A stretch of 64,000 nt of DNA from Eledone cirrhosa (taxonomy: Eukaryota), in assembly GCA_964016885.1 (NCBI GenBank), contig OZ024741.1, positions 157,418,001 through 157,482,000 on the forward strand, written 5' to 3'. Position numbers and translations under genes: made by a program. This document shows, piece by piece, positions 1 through 14,388 of the stretch (its first letter is position 1; every line of letters begins with the position of its first letter). Under the pieces are notes generated by a model that saw only the letters and a list, made by a program, of their open reading frames with translations, had not been told where the DNA came from and ran no database searches.

Positions 1-264
1 TTAGACAGAGGAAATATTTTAATTTCCGCTAATCATCATGATAAACTCTCGACTAGATGTTATAAAACAAACACAATAATTAACCAATCAACAGAATTGT
101 CTAATTAAATTAATTAGTTAATTATTAAATCTAGGAGAATAATATAATTGGAAATTTAGTAAAATCGAATCTCTGGCGGTTTGCAAGCAAATTCGGCCTA
201 CTTATATGAGATGATGAGTTAGCAAAGCACTCGATAAGTTAGGTACTTAGAGTAATAACATATG

Positions 265-869
<605 letters not shown>

Positions 870-870
<1 letters not shown>

Positions 871-3775
871 ATCATCATCATCATCATCATCGTTTAACGT
901 CCATGTTCCACGCTTGCATGGGTTTGGACGGGAGTTTTTCCACTTGAGGCAAGAGTGGTTGTCTTGCTCGCATAGGACTGTCTGGCGGGTTTTCTACAGT
1001 TGGATGCCCTTCCTAACACCAACCACATTTACAGTGTGGGGCTGGGAGGTTTTTACCGTGTTGCCTACACGGCCACATTACAGCGTGGACTGTCTGGCGG
1101 GTTTTCTACAGCTGGATGCCCTTCCTAACACCAACCACATTTACAGTGTGGGACTGGGAGGTTTTTACCGTGTTGCCTACACGGTCACATTACAGCGTGG
1201 ACTGTGTGTTTTTTTTTTTTTTGTCGTGACACCTACACGATCTCATTTGTTTCGGCCTGGATTTTGTGGCACCAACATAACTTTACATTGAAAGGGGCGG
1301 TGTGGATGGGTTGGGGTGGGTGGGACGGGGGTGTATTTTGTTAGAGATGCCTACTGACTGTAGTAGGTTTTACTTTGTATTTAGGTCAGGCGGATCTTCT
1401 CTATTACTGAGTACCGCCAAAGGTCTCGGTCCAGTGACATTGTCTTGGAGAGGTGTAAGTGTGTGAGGTCGGAATTTATCAGCTCGTCCCAGGTTTTTCT
1501 GGGTCTGCTTACTCCGTGGCTACCGTCTATCTTTATTGCCCTGCACTTTGCTATACAGCTGTCGTCTTTCATGCGCATCACGTGACCATACCAACGTAGC
1601 CTTCTCTCGAGTAAACAACATCTGATCCCTCTTATTTCTAATTTTTCCCTTAGTTCGTTTATGCTTTGCCGTTCGCGTATATTACTATTACACATCCAGC
1701 GGAGCATGCAAGCTTCGTTCCTCTCTAGTCTGCATATATCCTCTGCGCACAATGCCCAGGTCTCACTGCCATGCAACATTGCTGTTTGTATGCAGGCATC
1801 ATACAACCTGCTTTTCATTTTTAGGGAGAACCCTTTAGCGGCTAATAGTGGTATAAGCTCTCTGAACTTTTTCCATCCAGTTCTGACTCTAGCTACTGTA
1901 CTTTCAGAGCACCCTCCCCCACTGCTGATTTTGTCACCCAGGTAACGGAAGCTGTCCACTATTTCTATAGAACCCTCTACGCAGTTGAAAGAGCTAGTAT
2001 TTTGTGGGCACTTGCTGCTACTTATTGCACCAGAGCACCGGCCACATGTAAAATCTGTGTTCTTAGTTAGCTTACCTGTGATCCCACTACATCTTTTATG
2101 CACCCATACTTTGCATTTGGGACATAAAATGGAGTTTCTACCTACGCCTTTCCTACACACTGAGCATGGCCATTTCCCGGAAGGGACCGGCGCCTTATTT
2201 TCTTTCCTACAAACTAGAACTTTAGTCTTAGCCAGGTTAATTTTAAGGCCTTTTGATTGTAGGCCGTGCTTCCATGTTTGGAATTTCTTCTCTAGCTCGG
2301 TCATTGATTCAGCTATGAGCGTTAGATCATCTGCGTATAGGAGTTCCCATGGGCAGCCGGTCTTGAACTCCACTGTTATAGCCTGAAGGGCAATAATAAA
2401 TAGTAGGGCGCTAAGAACAGAGCCCTGATGAACAGCAACTTTTACGCTAAACTCTTCACTATATTCGTTGTTAATTCTAACCTTGCTGACTGTTTCTTTA
2501 TACATGGCTTGTATAGCTCTCACAAGCCATTCGTCAACACCTAGTTTTCTAAGAGCCCACCAGATAATGGAACGGGGGACTCTGTCGAAGGCTTTCTCCA
2601 AGTTGACAAAAGCTAAGTATAGGGGTTTACTTTTAGCTAGGTACTTCTCCTGTAGTTGTCGTACAATGAAAAGAGCGTCTGTGGTACTTTTGCCTGACAC
2701 AAACCCGAACTGCATTTCATCTAGATCAATTCTCTCTCTGATTAGTTGCGCTATTACTTTTTCCGTGACCTTCATGACCTGGTCGATTAATTTAATGCCT
2801 CTATAGTTGCTCCTATCTAGGGCGTCTCCTTTACCCTTGTAGCAGTTAATGATGATGCTGCTACGCCAGTTCTTCGGAACAACCCCATTCTGTATGACTT
2901 GGTTTACTATCCGGGTGACCATGGTGTGTCCCACCGTTCCAGAGGCTTTCAGCATCTCAGCAACTATTTCCGAAGGCCCAGCCGCCTTACCCGTCTTCAT
3001 ATCTTTGATTGCCTTACTTATTATACTACCTTCGACTAACATTGCTGGTCCCTCTATTGGGTCAATGTGGGGGAGACTGTCTTTCTCCCATTTATTCTCC
3101 TCATTTAGTAGCCTTTCGTAGTGACACTTCCAAACTACCTTCTTATCAGCGTCAGTGATGGCAAGTACGCCATCATCATTAAGTACACACTTCTCCCCGA
3201 CAATATCATGGTTTTCCTTGACACATTGCCTAGCAATCCTGAACACCTCACGTTTTTGATCCTCGCGTTGTAGAACATGCTTGAACTTTCTTTCCTCTGC
3301 TTCCCTTCTTGCGAAGTACACTTGTCTCCTAGCTTCCCTCCTGGCCACTTGATAGTCTTCTCTACTTCCCCCATCCTGCCATACTTTCCAAGCCTGCTTT
3401 TTGGCCTTAATTGACTCCTCCACCTTACTGTTCCACCACCATGTTACTCTCCTCCTACCTACAGGCCTGCTCCAGCCACAGACTTCGTCTGCCGCCATCA
3501 GCAGGTTTGCTTTCAGGAATTCCCACTGTTCCTCTATATTGTACAACTCTAATTGCTCTTCCTTACTGTCGAAAGCATCAAGTAATATGCTTTTAAATTT
3601 ATTTCTGGCTGTGGGGTCCTTTAGCTTCCATATTTTTCTCCTGAGGATAGTCCTCTTCTGCTGTCTAGTACGTCTCGTCCTGACTATGAGGTTGCTAATT
3701 ATCAGTCTATGTTGGGAGGTGCATTCTTCATGGGGGAGGGATTTAGTGTTTACAACAGACACTCTGTCACGTCTA
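870..3775 (-). mobile_element. RTE-clade LINE, subfamily 1, 5'-truncated
   Basis: (GAT)n tail at 870-891; ~490-bp 3'UTR with a ~113-bp internal tandem duplication; RT ORF 1381-3775; microsatellite on both sides. Confidence 0.93.
1381..3775 (-). CDS. LINE ORF: end of APE endonuclease, reverse transcriptase, PHD-type finger, C-terminus; uninterrupted but 5'-truncated
   Basis: Motifs NYRGIKL, QFGF, LEKAFDRVPR, HQGSVLS, LLYADD, FRYLG, GSETW, RRLRWYGHV; the first ~16 codons of the listed ORF are microsatellite. Confidence 0.9.
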
Positions 3776-4573
3776 CAGATATATATATATATATATACAC
3801 ACAGATATATATATTTATACATACAGATATATATATATATATATACATACAGATATATATATATCGGATAGTTGAAGATTTGATCTCGCCCTGTAAGCTC
3901 GAATAGCTGGATTTATTATCAATTCCTTGTTGACAATCCAATAATATCCACTTTCCGTGACTTACTATCTGATTAATTGGTGAAATATATTTCTTTAATG
4001 GGATATATACAAGGAATGTTAATCACTTTTAAAGGTAAATATTGCCTAAACTAGCTATGCGCGGTTACACACAAGCTTGAATTATCTCCTGTGATTATTC
4101 ATGTATTTTTATATGTTAATCAATCTCTAGTTATTATAGATATATATAGATCTATATATATATATATCCATAGAAAACCTGCCAGACAGTCCCATATGAG
4201 CGAGACGACCAATCTTGCCTCAAGTGTGACAATTCCATCTTAACCCATGCTAGCGTGGATGATGATGATGATATATATATATACACACACACACAGATGA
4301 AAATGTGTGTAGACACAGACAAAGATTAAAAAAAACAGGCCATCTGATCAATCAATTAACGATTTTTTTTGTCAACAATGGCTGCAGATCAATTCGTAAA
4401 CACAAATGCGAGACACTGTAGCATTGTATTTCACCGATAAAGGCATAATGACCAATAGTTATTATAATATGACTAACAATGACAAAACAGAAATAAGGTG
4501 TATTTTTAACAGAAAGAGTAATATAAAGCCACAGTCTCAGCCTTCTGGTTGTGGTGGTGTCAACAATAATAAA

Positions 4574-7500
4574 TCATCATCATCATCATCGTTTAATGTC
4601 CATCTTCCATGCTAGCATAGGTTTGGACGGTAATTTCCCACTTGAGGCAAGATTGGTTGTCTTGCTGAGGACTGTCTGGCGGGTTTTCTACAGCTGGATG
4701 CTCTTCCTAACACCAACCACGTTTACTGTGTGGACTGGGAGGTTTTTACCGTGTTACCTACACGGCCACATTACAGTGTGGACTGTGTGTTTTTTTGTCG
4801 TGACACCTACACGACCTCATTTATTTAGGACTGGATGTTGTGGTACCAACATAACTTTACATCGAAAAGGGTGGTGTGGATGGGGTGGAGGTAGTGGACG
4901 GGGGGCATTTTGGTAAGAGGCGCCTACTGACTGTAGGTTTCGCTTTGCACTTAGGCTAGGCGGGTCTTCTGTATTACTGCGTAGCGCCAAAGATCTCGGT
5001 CCAGTGACATTGTCTTGGAGAGGTGTAAGTATGTGAGGTCGGAATTTATCAAGTCGTCCCAGGTTTTTCTAGGTCTGCCTACTCCGTGGCTACCGTCTAT
5101 TTTGATCGCCCTGCACTTTTTTATACAGCTATCGTCCTTCATGCGCATCATGTGACCATACCAACGTAGCCTTCTCTCGAGTAAACAGCATCTGATCTCT
5201 CTTATTCCTAATTTCTCACTTAGTTCATGTATGCTTTGCCGTTCACGTATATTACTATTACACATCCAATGGAGCATGCAAGCTTTGTTCCTCTCCAGTC
5301 TGCGTAGATCCTCGGCATGTAAAGCCCAAGTCTCACTGCCATGTAACATTGCTGTTCGTATGCAGGCATCATACAGCCTGCCTTTCATTTTTAGAGAGAA
5401 ACCTTTAGCGGCTAATAGTGGTATAAGCTCTCTGAACTTTTTCCATCCCGTTCTGACTAGCTACTGTACTTTCAGAGCACCCTCCACCACTGCTGATTTT
5501 GTCACCCAGGTAACGGAAGGTGTCCACTATTTCTATAGAACCATCTGTGCAATGGAATGGGCTAGTATTCTGTGGGCACTTGCTGCTACTTATTGCACCT
5601 GAGCACCGGCCACATATAAAATCTATATTCTTAGTTAGCTTACCTGTGATCCCACTACATCTTTTATGCAACCATACTTTGCATTTGGGACATAAGATGG
5701 AGTTTCTGCCTACTCCTTTCCTACACACTGAGCATGGCCATTTCCCAGATGGGACCAGTGCCCTATTTTCCTTCCTACATACTAGCACTTTAGTCTTAGA
5801 CATGTTAATTTTAAGGCCTTTTGATTCTTGGCCATGCTTCCATGTTTGGAATTTCTTCTCTATTTCAGCCATTGATTCAGCTATAAGCGTTAGATCATCA
5901 GCGTATAGGAGTTCCCATGGGCAGCCAGTCTTGAACTCCTCTGTTATAGCCTGAAGGGCAATAATAAATAGGAGGGGCTAAGGACGGAGCCCTGATGAAC
6001 ACCAACTTTTACACTAAATTCTTCACTATATTCATTGTTAATTTTAACCTTGCTGACTGTTTCTTTATACATGGCTTGTATAGCTCTCACAAGCCATTCA
6101 TCAACACCTAGTTTTCTGAGAGCCCACCAGATAATGGGGCGGGGGACTCTGTCAAAGAGTTTCTCCAAGTCAACAAAAGTTAAGTATAGGGGTTTACTTT
6201 TAGCTAGGTACTTCTCCTGTAGTTGTCGTACAATGAAAAGAGCGTCTGTGGTACTTTTACCTCACACAAATCCGAACTGCATTTCATCTAGATCAATTCG
6301 CTCTCTGATTAGTTGCGCTATTACTTTTTCTGTGACCTTCATGACCTGGTCAATTAATTTAATGCCTCTATAGTTTCCCTTATCTAGGGCATCTCCTTTA
6401 CCCTTGTAACAGTTAATGATGATGCTGCTACACCAGTCCTTCGGTACGACCCCATTCTGTATGATTTGGTTTACTATCCGGGTGACCATAGTGTGTCCCA
6501 TCATTCCAGATGCTTTCAGCATTTCAGCAACTATTTCCAAAGGCCCAGCCGCCTTGCCCGTCTTCATATCTTTGATTGCCTCACTTATTATACTACCTTC
6601 AACTTGCACTGCTGGTCCCTCTATTGGATCGTTGTGGGGGAGACTGTCTTTCTCCCATTTATTCTCCTCATTTAGTAGCCTTTCGTAGTGACACTTCTAA
6701 GCTACCTTCTTATCAGCGTCAGTGATGGCAAGTACACCATCATCATTAAGGACACACTTCTCGCCGACAATATCACGGTTCTCCTTTACACATTGTCTAG
6801 CAATCCTGAAGACATCACGTTTTGGTCCCCGCGTTGTAGAACATGCTTGAAATTTCTTTCCTCTGCTTCCCTTCTTGCGAAGTACACTTGTCTCCTAGCT
6901 TCCCTCCTGGCCACTTGATAGTCTTCTCTACTTCCCCCATCCCGCCATACTTTCCAAGCCTGCTTTTTGACCTTGATTGACTCCTCCACCTTACTGTTCC
7001 ACCACCACGTTACTCTCCTCCTGCCTATAGGTCTGCTCCAGCCACAGACTTCATCTGCCGCCTTCAGCAGGTTGACTTTCAGGAATTCCCACTGTTCCTC
7101 TATATTGTACGACTCTAATTGCTCTTCCTTACTGTCAAAAGCATCAAGTAATATGCTTTTAAATTTATTACTGGCTGTGGGGGTCCTTTAGCTTCCATAT
7201 TTTTCCCCCGAGGATAGTCCTCCTCTGTTGTCGAATACGTCTCATCCTGACTATGAGGTCGCTAACTATAAATCTATGTTGGGAGGTGCATTCTTCATGG
7301 GGGAGGGATTTAGTGTTTACAACAGACACTCTATCACGTCTTCTGGTAAGGATATAATCTATCTGACTGGCGTGTTCTATAGGTGATCAAGTGATTGTCT
7401 TGTTTTTTGGAGTTAGTGTTACATATAGTTAGGTTATTTGCATCACAGAATTCCAGGATTCTGGAGCCTTCCTCATTTCTAGTACCAAACCCATAGCCTC

Positions 7501-8340
7501 CATGGATTCCGTCATAGCCGTCACAATGTTGTCCAACGTGACCATTTAGGTCGCCAGCAATAATTATGTAGTCACTGTCGGTTATTTGGGAGGTAGTGAG
7601 CATTAATGACTCATAGAATCTGTCTTTTATAACGCCAGGCAGTCCGGATTGGGGTGCGTACGCAGATATTACTGTCATAGTAGTTCTATTTAGGACAAGT
7701 CTTATTTTAATTATTCTGTCGTTCACTCTATTTACGTCTATTATCTTATCTGCCCATTTTTCAGCTAGCATGATTCCTACTCCACCCAGGCCATTGTCAT
7801 TTCCCACCCAGAAAAGCTTATAGCATCGTTTTTTACCCACAATGAATCTAGCAGACCCACCCCTCCAACTGGTCTCTTGGATACAGCAAACATCCACCTC
7901 CTTACGTTCAAGCATTTCTACAACCTCGTTAGAGCGCCCTTTTAAGGTGCCTACATTCATGGTACCAACTCAAAAGTTTTGGATTGCATTTGGTGGGTGG
8001 GAATGGTGGGGCGCGGTGAGGGGTGAGGGAGATGGGGTTATGTTAGCCATCTGCAGCCGAAATAAAGAGGAGGAGTCCTTGCATTTTCGTCCGGCAGCAT
8101 GAGGTGAATTTGTCTTTATCTTTGGCATTGTCACTGAGTGTCCAGATTTTTCAGACTCTCCAGAATTCCGTAGTCCATCCATCATATCAAAAGGCAACCA
8201 GGTCTAAACTTAAGAAGTGATAGCATAGGCCGCTGACTTATGATTGGTCCAGTAATATGGTGGCGAGTGGGGGTGGGTGGGAGGCGTATGGGTAGTTAGC
8301 ATTTAAATAAAATCCTCGAATTTTGGGCATAATTGAACAA
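4574..8340 (-). mobile_element. RTE-clade LINE, subfamily 1, near full length, frameshifted
   Basis: APE domain 7334-7960 (GTMNVGTL, CIQET, SAYAPQ, AGDLNGHVG); RT fragments 4951-6989; (GAT)n tail; 5' boundary approximate. Confidence 0.9.
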
Positions 8341-8345
8341 GCATA

Positions 8346-8830
8346 TGTACAGCCACCGGAAATAACATCTGTGAAATATACAGCGCCATCTACCTGTTAG
8401 CTAGCTACCTCACCGTGAAACAAAACAATCCTCAGAAGCTACCAGAATAAACGCCTACACAGCGGCTCAACATAAAACGATTATTTCTGTATAAATAGAG
8501 TGGTTCCAAACACTTCAGCAGTCGACTTTTGGCAGAGTCACCTAGCGCATCGTTGTTCCTTTACTCTGCCTTGCTTTATCACTCACACACGCCTTGTACC
8601 TCGTATCGTCGCTTCATGTGAAAATAAATAGCTGATCGAAATTACATCTCTCGCCTTGCTTCGTCCTTTCAACTTGTGCTTCCGTCTGTTCATCCTTACC
8701 GTATGTGACAACAGTTCTTTTAAGGGTTATCTTCAGATACGATCAGACCATATGCGATAACAGTCCTTTTAAGGGCTATTCTCGGATCTGATCGGAAGTA
8801 GTGACCAGACTGACTAACCGCGTCGCTACA
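8346..8830 (+). repeat. 5' LTR (485 bp)
   Basis: Direct repeat of 13515-13999; TATAAATA at ~8490; AATAAA at ~8622. Confidence 0.95.
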
Positions 8831-8832
8831 AT

Positions 8833-8864
8833 TGGTGACCCCGACGTGAGTCGAACGCGCAACC
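8833..8864 (+). promoter_or_regulatory. Primer-binding site complementary to the tRNA-Trp 3' end
   Basis: TGGTGACCCCGACGTGA immediately after the LTR; complement of the eukaryotic tRNA-Trp 3' end. Confidence 0.9.
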
Positions 8865-8889
8865 AGACAGCACCTAAGAAAATACCAAT

Positions 8890-9720
8890 ATGGACATGTC
8901 ACAAATGACAGAGGCCGAGATACCAACCACACAAGCGGCGTTAACATTGAAAGTCCCCGTCTTTTTGTCCAACGACCCGACTCTGTGGTTCACTCACATA
9001 GAAGCGCAATTCGCCGCGAACAGAATTAAGAGCGATTCCGCAAAGCTCACCTACATCATTGGATCTGTCCCACCAGAAGTTTTGGCTGAGGTGAGGGACC
9101 TCGTCATGGCACCGCCGGGCACGGTGTCATATGAATCATTCCGCAAGGAATTGATCAAGCAACTCGTGTCTGGAATTGGGAGACAGAAAACCGTCCCAAC
9201 TATTGCGAAAGATGAGACAGCTGATGGAGGACCAGCCACTTTCAGAAGATGTGCTGAAACGGCTGTTTATACAGCGCTTCGCCTTATCGATGCAGGGCAT
9301 TCTGGCGTCGACTAACGAGTCAGCAACCCCGGAGGAACTGGCGAGTGTCGCAGATAAGATCGCTGAGGTGTCAAACCCTTTTGCCTCAGTAGCACAGGTA
9401 GATAGTCTGACGAACCCTTACGTACCGTCCTCGGACTCCACCTCCGAGATTTCAGAGCTGCGGGCTATGATCAGAGAGCAGGCTGGTCAAATTAAAGCCC
9501 TCTCAAACCAATTAGAGAGCCTGACCTTGCAAACACACCGGCGGCGCATCAACAGTCGGTTCAGGCCCTTTCACCGTCGAAGATCCAGAAGTCCCAGTCA
9601 AATCGTGTGTCTGGCAACCTCTGCTGGTATCACGAAGAATTTGGCATACAGGCATCTAAGTGTAGGGCCCCGTGCTCTTTCCAGAATACCACCCAGGGAA
9701 ACGGGCAGACCAGGGCCTAG
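8890..9720 (+). pseudogene. gag: Gypsy gag, frameshifted
   Basis: LKVPVFLSNDPTLWFTHIEAQF; GDRKPSQLLRKMRQL; CWYHEEFGIQASKCRAPC (C-x2-H-x9-C-x3-C) at 9622-9675; GGGAAAC slippery-type heptamer at 9696-9702. Confidence 0.88.
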
Positions 9721-9759
9721 CGACGACATTCACCCCTGGTACTGAAAAGAAAAGTCATC

Positions 9760-12602
9760 CGTTACCTCGTGGATACAGGAGCCCAGGTTAGTGTTATTCC
9801 TGTTTCACTAATCTCGGGCAAAAGACACCCAACACCGTCCTTTCTGCAGGCAGTGAACCTATCGTCAAATCACTGACCCTCAATTTAGGCCTGAGGCAGC
9901 GTTTTCAATGGGTGTTCGTCGTGGCAGACCTGCCGACCTCTATCCTAGGAGCCGATTTTTTCCACCACTTCAACCTTCTGGCGGACATGAAGAACCGGAG
10001 GCTTATTGACACCACCACAAACCTCACTGTGAGAGGTATATTTATCACGCAATCCACAGTGAGCCCTGTAATTTGCCAGTCAGAGCCTTCGCGGTACAAC
10101 GGCATTCTCCAGAAATACCCAGACATCACTCGCCCGGTATTTAAGGATGGTCCTATTAAGCATAGTGTCACACACCACATCGAGACAAGAGGACCTCCCA
10201 CAGCTTCCCGACCAAGGAGACTGCCTCCAGACCAATTGAGAATCGCCAATCAGGAGTTCCAACACATGCTGGACCTCAAAATCATTCGCCCTTCCTCCAG
10301 CAACTGGTCTGCACCCCTACACCTTGTTCCTAAATAAACGAGAATGATTGGCGACCATGTGGGGATTATCGTGCACTTAACAATTCTACAGTGCCCGATA
10401 ATTACCCTGTACCTCACCTGCACGATTTTTCTGCCTCTCTGCAAGGCGCACGCATCTTTTCCAAGATAGATTTGGTGCGTGCATATAACCAGATACCTAT
10501 GGAGCCTGCAGATATTCCGAAGACAATACACAATCACAACACCGTTCGGTTTATTCAAATTCCTGCGAATGCCGTTCGGTCTGCGCAACACTGCACAAAC
10601 TTTTCAGCGGTTTAATGACACCGTGTTACGCGATCTACCCTTCATATACGCGTATATTGACGATGTGCTGGTAGCAAGTACTTCCGAGCAAGAGCACAAG
10701 AAGCACTTAGATCTCCTTTTCCAACGTTTGGCTGAGTACGGTATCATCATCCACCCCAGCAAGTGCCTTCTCGGCGTTCCTTCACTGTCCTTTCTCGGGC
10801 ACATCATCGATAAAGACGGCATCCGTCCACTTCCCAAGAAAGTGGAAGCTTTCCGCGGTTTTCCCGCACCTACATCACTTCGGAAACTGCGTGAATTCCT
10901 CAGTCTGGTGAATTTTTATAGGCGTTTTATCCCTCATTGTTCCGACGCAGCCAGACTCTTCACGGACCTTCTTCGTAGCCGGACTCTCAAAAACGAAGTG
11001 ATCACTCTAAACGGGGAAGAATTAACATCTTTTAACCGCCTAAAGGAAATGTTGGCAAACGCTTCCATGCTCGTTTTCCCCAGGTCTGGCGCTCCTCTTT
11101 CGCTGCTAGTGGACGCATCAGATACGGGGGTTGGAGGCGTTTTACAACAACATGTCGACGGCGTGTGGCAACCCCTATACTTCTTTTCTAAGCGGTTGCG
11201 ACCGGCAGAAACGAAATACAGTACCTTTGGCCAGGAACTCTTGGCAACCTATCTTTCGGTTAAGCATTTTCGGCACATGCTCGAAGGATCAGATTTCGTG
11301 ATCTATACGGACCATAAACCACTAGTTTATGCATTCCGTACCAAACCTGATCGACAAGAGTTTATCAAGCTCCGAGATTCGCAATCCTTCAAGTTTCAGC
11401 AAGTTCCCATTCCTTCTTCTCCGGGACAAATTTGGTGCGACTTTTCTACCGTTCATGAACGACCGTACGTACCACAGATGCAGCGTCGACAAGTTTTTTC
11501 TGCTTTACACTGCTTGTCTCACCCGGGAATCCGGGCTACACAGAAACTCATCTCTGCTCGTTTTGTGTGGACTAACATTAACAAGGATGTGCGCGACTGA
11601 TCCAGGAGCTGCATTGCCTGCCAGAAAGCCAAAGTCCACAGACACATCAAAACTCCACTCGGCACATTCGCACAACCTGATGCACATTTTCATCATGTGC
11701 ATATCGACATCGTCGGACCTCTACCACCATCACAGAACTACACACACTTGCTCACCTGCATAGATCGATTTTCTCGTTGGCCTGAGGCTTTTCCCATAAA
11801 TGATACCTCAGCGGAAACAGTCGCTAAAACTTTGGTTTTACACTGGGTATCGCGTTATGGCACCCCAGCGAAGATAACAACGGACAGAGGACGCCAATTT
11901 GACTCCCACCTCTTCAGGGAACTGACTCGCCTGTTAGGATGTAAACACATCCGCACGACAGCTTATCAGCCGCAAGCTAATGGTCTCGTGGAAAGATTCC
12001 ATCGCCAACTGAAAGCTGCAATAAAAGCATATCCAGACAAGACCCATTGGTTTGAATACCTACCACTCATCCTTCTGGGCATTCGATCCACCATTAAGGA
12101 GGAATTCGGACACACACCTGCAGAATTAGTGTACGGCACCACCCTGGTTCTACCTGGTCAGATGGTTGCTCTCATCTCTCCTCAGGATGTTCCGGACCCA
12201 GGATCATACGTACACCGTCTTCGACAATATATGTCTCACCTTGCTCCTGCAAGCACCCGTCAACAGAACACGGCAACACACGTACCTTCAGACATTAAAG
12301 ATTGGACACACGTTTTCGTTCGAAACGACACCATCTCAGCTCATCTTCGACCTCCATATTCTGGCCCTTATCGTGTTCTAAAAAAATATCCGAAATATTT
12401 TATTCTCGATCTAGATGGTAAACAGAATTCTGTCAGCGTGGACAGATTAAAAAAAGCCATCACGGATACTGTTACAGTCTCTACACCAGAAACTCCAACA
12501 GATTGCTGTCCCAGTGAGCCACCTGTTTCATCTCCAGTCACGAGAAGTGGACGACGCGTCCATTGGCCCGCCAAGTTGGCACAATGTGTGAATTACCGTT
12601 AA
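9760..12602 (+). pseudogene. pol: Gypsy pol (protease, RT, RNase H, integrase) with stops, frameshifts and deletions
   Basis: YLVDTGAQVS; RPSSSNWSAP; MPFGLRN; YIDDVLV; VDASD; YTDHKPL; HIDIVGPLP; TTDRGRQF; NGLVERFHR; PYSGPY. Confidence 0.92.
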
Positions 12603-13501
12603 CCTCAAGTGAGTTTCTTAATCATTCTTCGTGCAAAACATTTCCATTTTTCTTGTGTTTACTATTTCCAGTTTCAAATACAATGAACTTGCTGCTTGAA
12701 CAATTGCAATTTTTAGTGACCATGTGCTCATGTCACGAATAACATTATTTATTACAAACACTATTTAAGAACAAATATTGTGTATATCATTGTGTATAAC
12801 ATTTTTTTTTTCTCTCTCTTGTTTTGCAAAATTTTTTATTTTTATTGTTCTGTAACATTGATTGTGTAATTGCCATAATTTTTATATACAAGGCGTGTAC
12901 ATATTCTGTTTTTCATGCACACTACAAAACCACGTTTGTTTCACCTTTTGGTTCATACAAGGAGCAATAGATATCTGTGTCCCTCTAACTCTTACACTAC
13001 AAAATGTTTTCTCTTTGATCACGCATTTCACAAATCGCATCCTCAAAACACTGGGCTTCTTTTTTCATGTACACATTCACTCAATAGCTCGAGAACGCCT
13101 CGCTATTTTTTTTACCACATGCATTCGCTCAAGTCATATGCTGTGGAGCAAACTGTTACTTTTAGGCAGCATGCTTACGGCCATTCAGTTCACACATTAC
13201 GGTTATCTTCACTGCCCAGTTAGACTTTTTGTCACACAATTCACAGGCAGCTCAACCCAAATTGCAACAGGCTCATTCATCACGCCTGCATAAATCTGGT
13301 CAAAGTCATTTTATAGTTTATTTCTTTTTTCTCTTCCTGACACACACATCTTGCCATATCATCTCTACATCGACTCTGTCCTGTACTCGATGATCACAAC
13401 ATTTCACAACGTGCTGGACACTCCTGGGGCTATTGTCATGATAAATGCACCACTGGCCCATTACTATACAATATTTCGCTCTTTTGTTGTACAAAAGATC
13501 T

Positions 13502-13514
13502 GGCAGGGGGATAA
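13502..13514 (+). promoter_or_regulatory. Polypurine tract
   Basis: GGCAGGGGGATAA directly before the 3' LTR. Confidence 0.8.
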
Positions 13515-13999
13515 TGTACAGCCACCGGAAATAACATCTGTGAAATATACAGCACCATCTACCTGTTAGCTAGCTACCTCACCGTGAAACAAAACAACCC
13601 TTAGAAGCTACCAGAATAAACGCCTACACAGCGGCTCAACATCAAACGATTATTTCTGTATAAATAGAGTGGTTCCAAACACTTCGCCAGTCGACTTTTG
13701 GCAGAGTCACCTAGCGCATCGTTGTTCCTTTACTCTGCCTTGCTTTATCACTCACACACGCCTTGTACCTTGTATCGTCACTTCATGTGAAAATAAATAG
13801 CTGATCGAAATTACATCTCTCGCCTTGCTTCGTCCTTTCAACTTGTGCTTTCGTCTGTTCATCCTTACCATATGTGACAACAGTTCTTTTAAGGGCTATC
13901 TTCAGATACGATCAGACCGTATGCGATAACAGTCCTTTTAAGGGCTATTCTCGGATCTGATGGGAAGTAGTGACCAGACTGACTAACCACGTCGCTACA
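13515..13999 (+). repeat. 3' LTR (485 bp)
   Basis: Direct repeat of 8346-8830. Confidence 0.95.
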
Positions 14000-14275
14000 C
14001 ATATAACAGTAATAAGAGAAGAATTATGGGATTTTAAAATACAAGAAGATTATTTTGAACAATCAGACAGAATTATATAATAGCATTGAAAAAGAGCAAT
14101 GATATGGATAGATGAATGGACCGGGGGAAGGTGGAGAGAAGAGAAAAAATGGCATTGTACATTTCATTTATTATTTTCAATGTGTCATCTACTATAGCCT
14201 CAGTTTGACCAATATATTCTGAGTAAAATTTGCTACATATATACATATATTATATACACACACACACACACACAC

Positions 14276-14370
14276 AGGGTTTCCCAAAAAATTGTATACA
14301 CAAAGGGTGTGCATTTTAATAAATATTGCCTGTAGAAGTAATCAAAGTGTGTATACATGTTTTGGGGCAT
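14276..14370. mobile_element. Short Tc1/mariner-type MITE remnant
   Basis: Imperfect terminal inverted repeats CAGGGTTTCCCAAAAAATTGTATACAC ... GTGTATACATGTTTTGGGGCA. Confidence 0.4.
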
Positions 14371-14388
14371 ATATATGTATATATATAT

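Larger units (their letters stand above)
8346..13999 (+). mobile_element. Ty3/Gypsy LTR retrotransposon, CsRn1 clade, full length but decayed
   Basis: TG...CA LTRs 8346-8830 and 13515-13999 (about 14 substitutions by eye); TSD CATA (8342-8345 and 14000-14003); tRNA-Trp PBS; PPT; gag-PR-RT-RH-IN order; CHCC gag motif. Confidence 0.95.

Noticed and set aside
1661-3871. Recurrent ORFs antisense to the LINE ORFs
   Set aside because: Shadow frames repeated only because the LINE is repeated
12862-13569. env-like or extra ORF in the Gypsy 3' region
   Set aside because: Short low-information frames with no recognisable motifs; treated as 3'UTR
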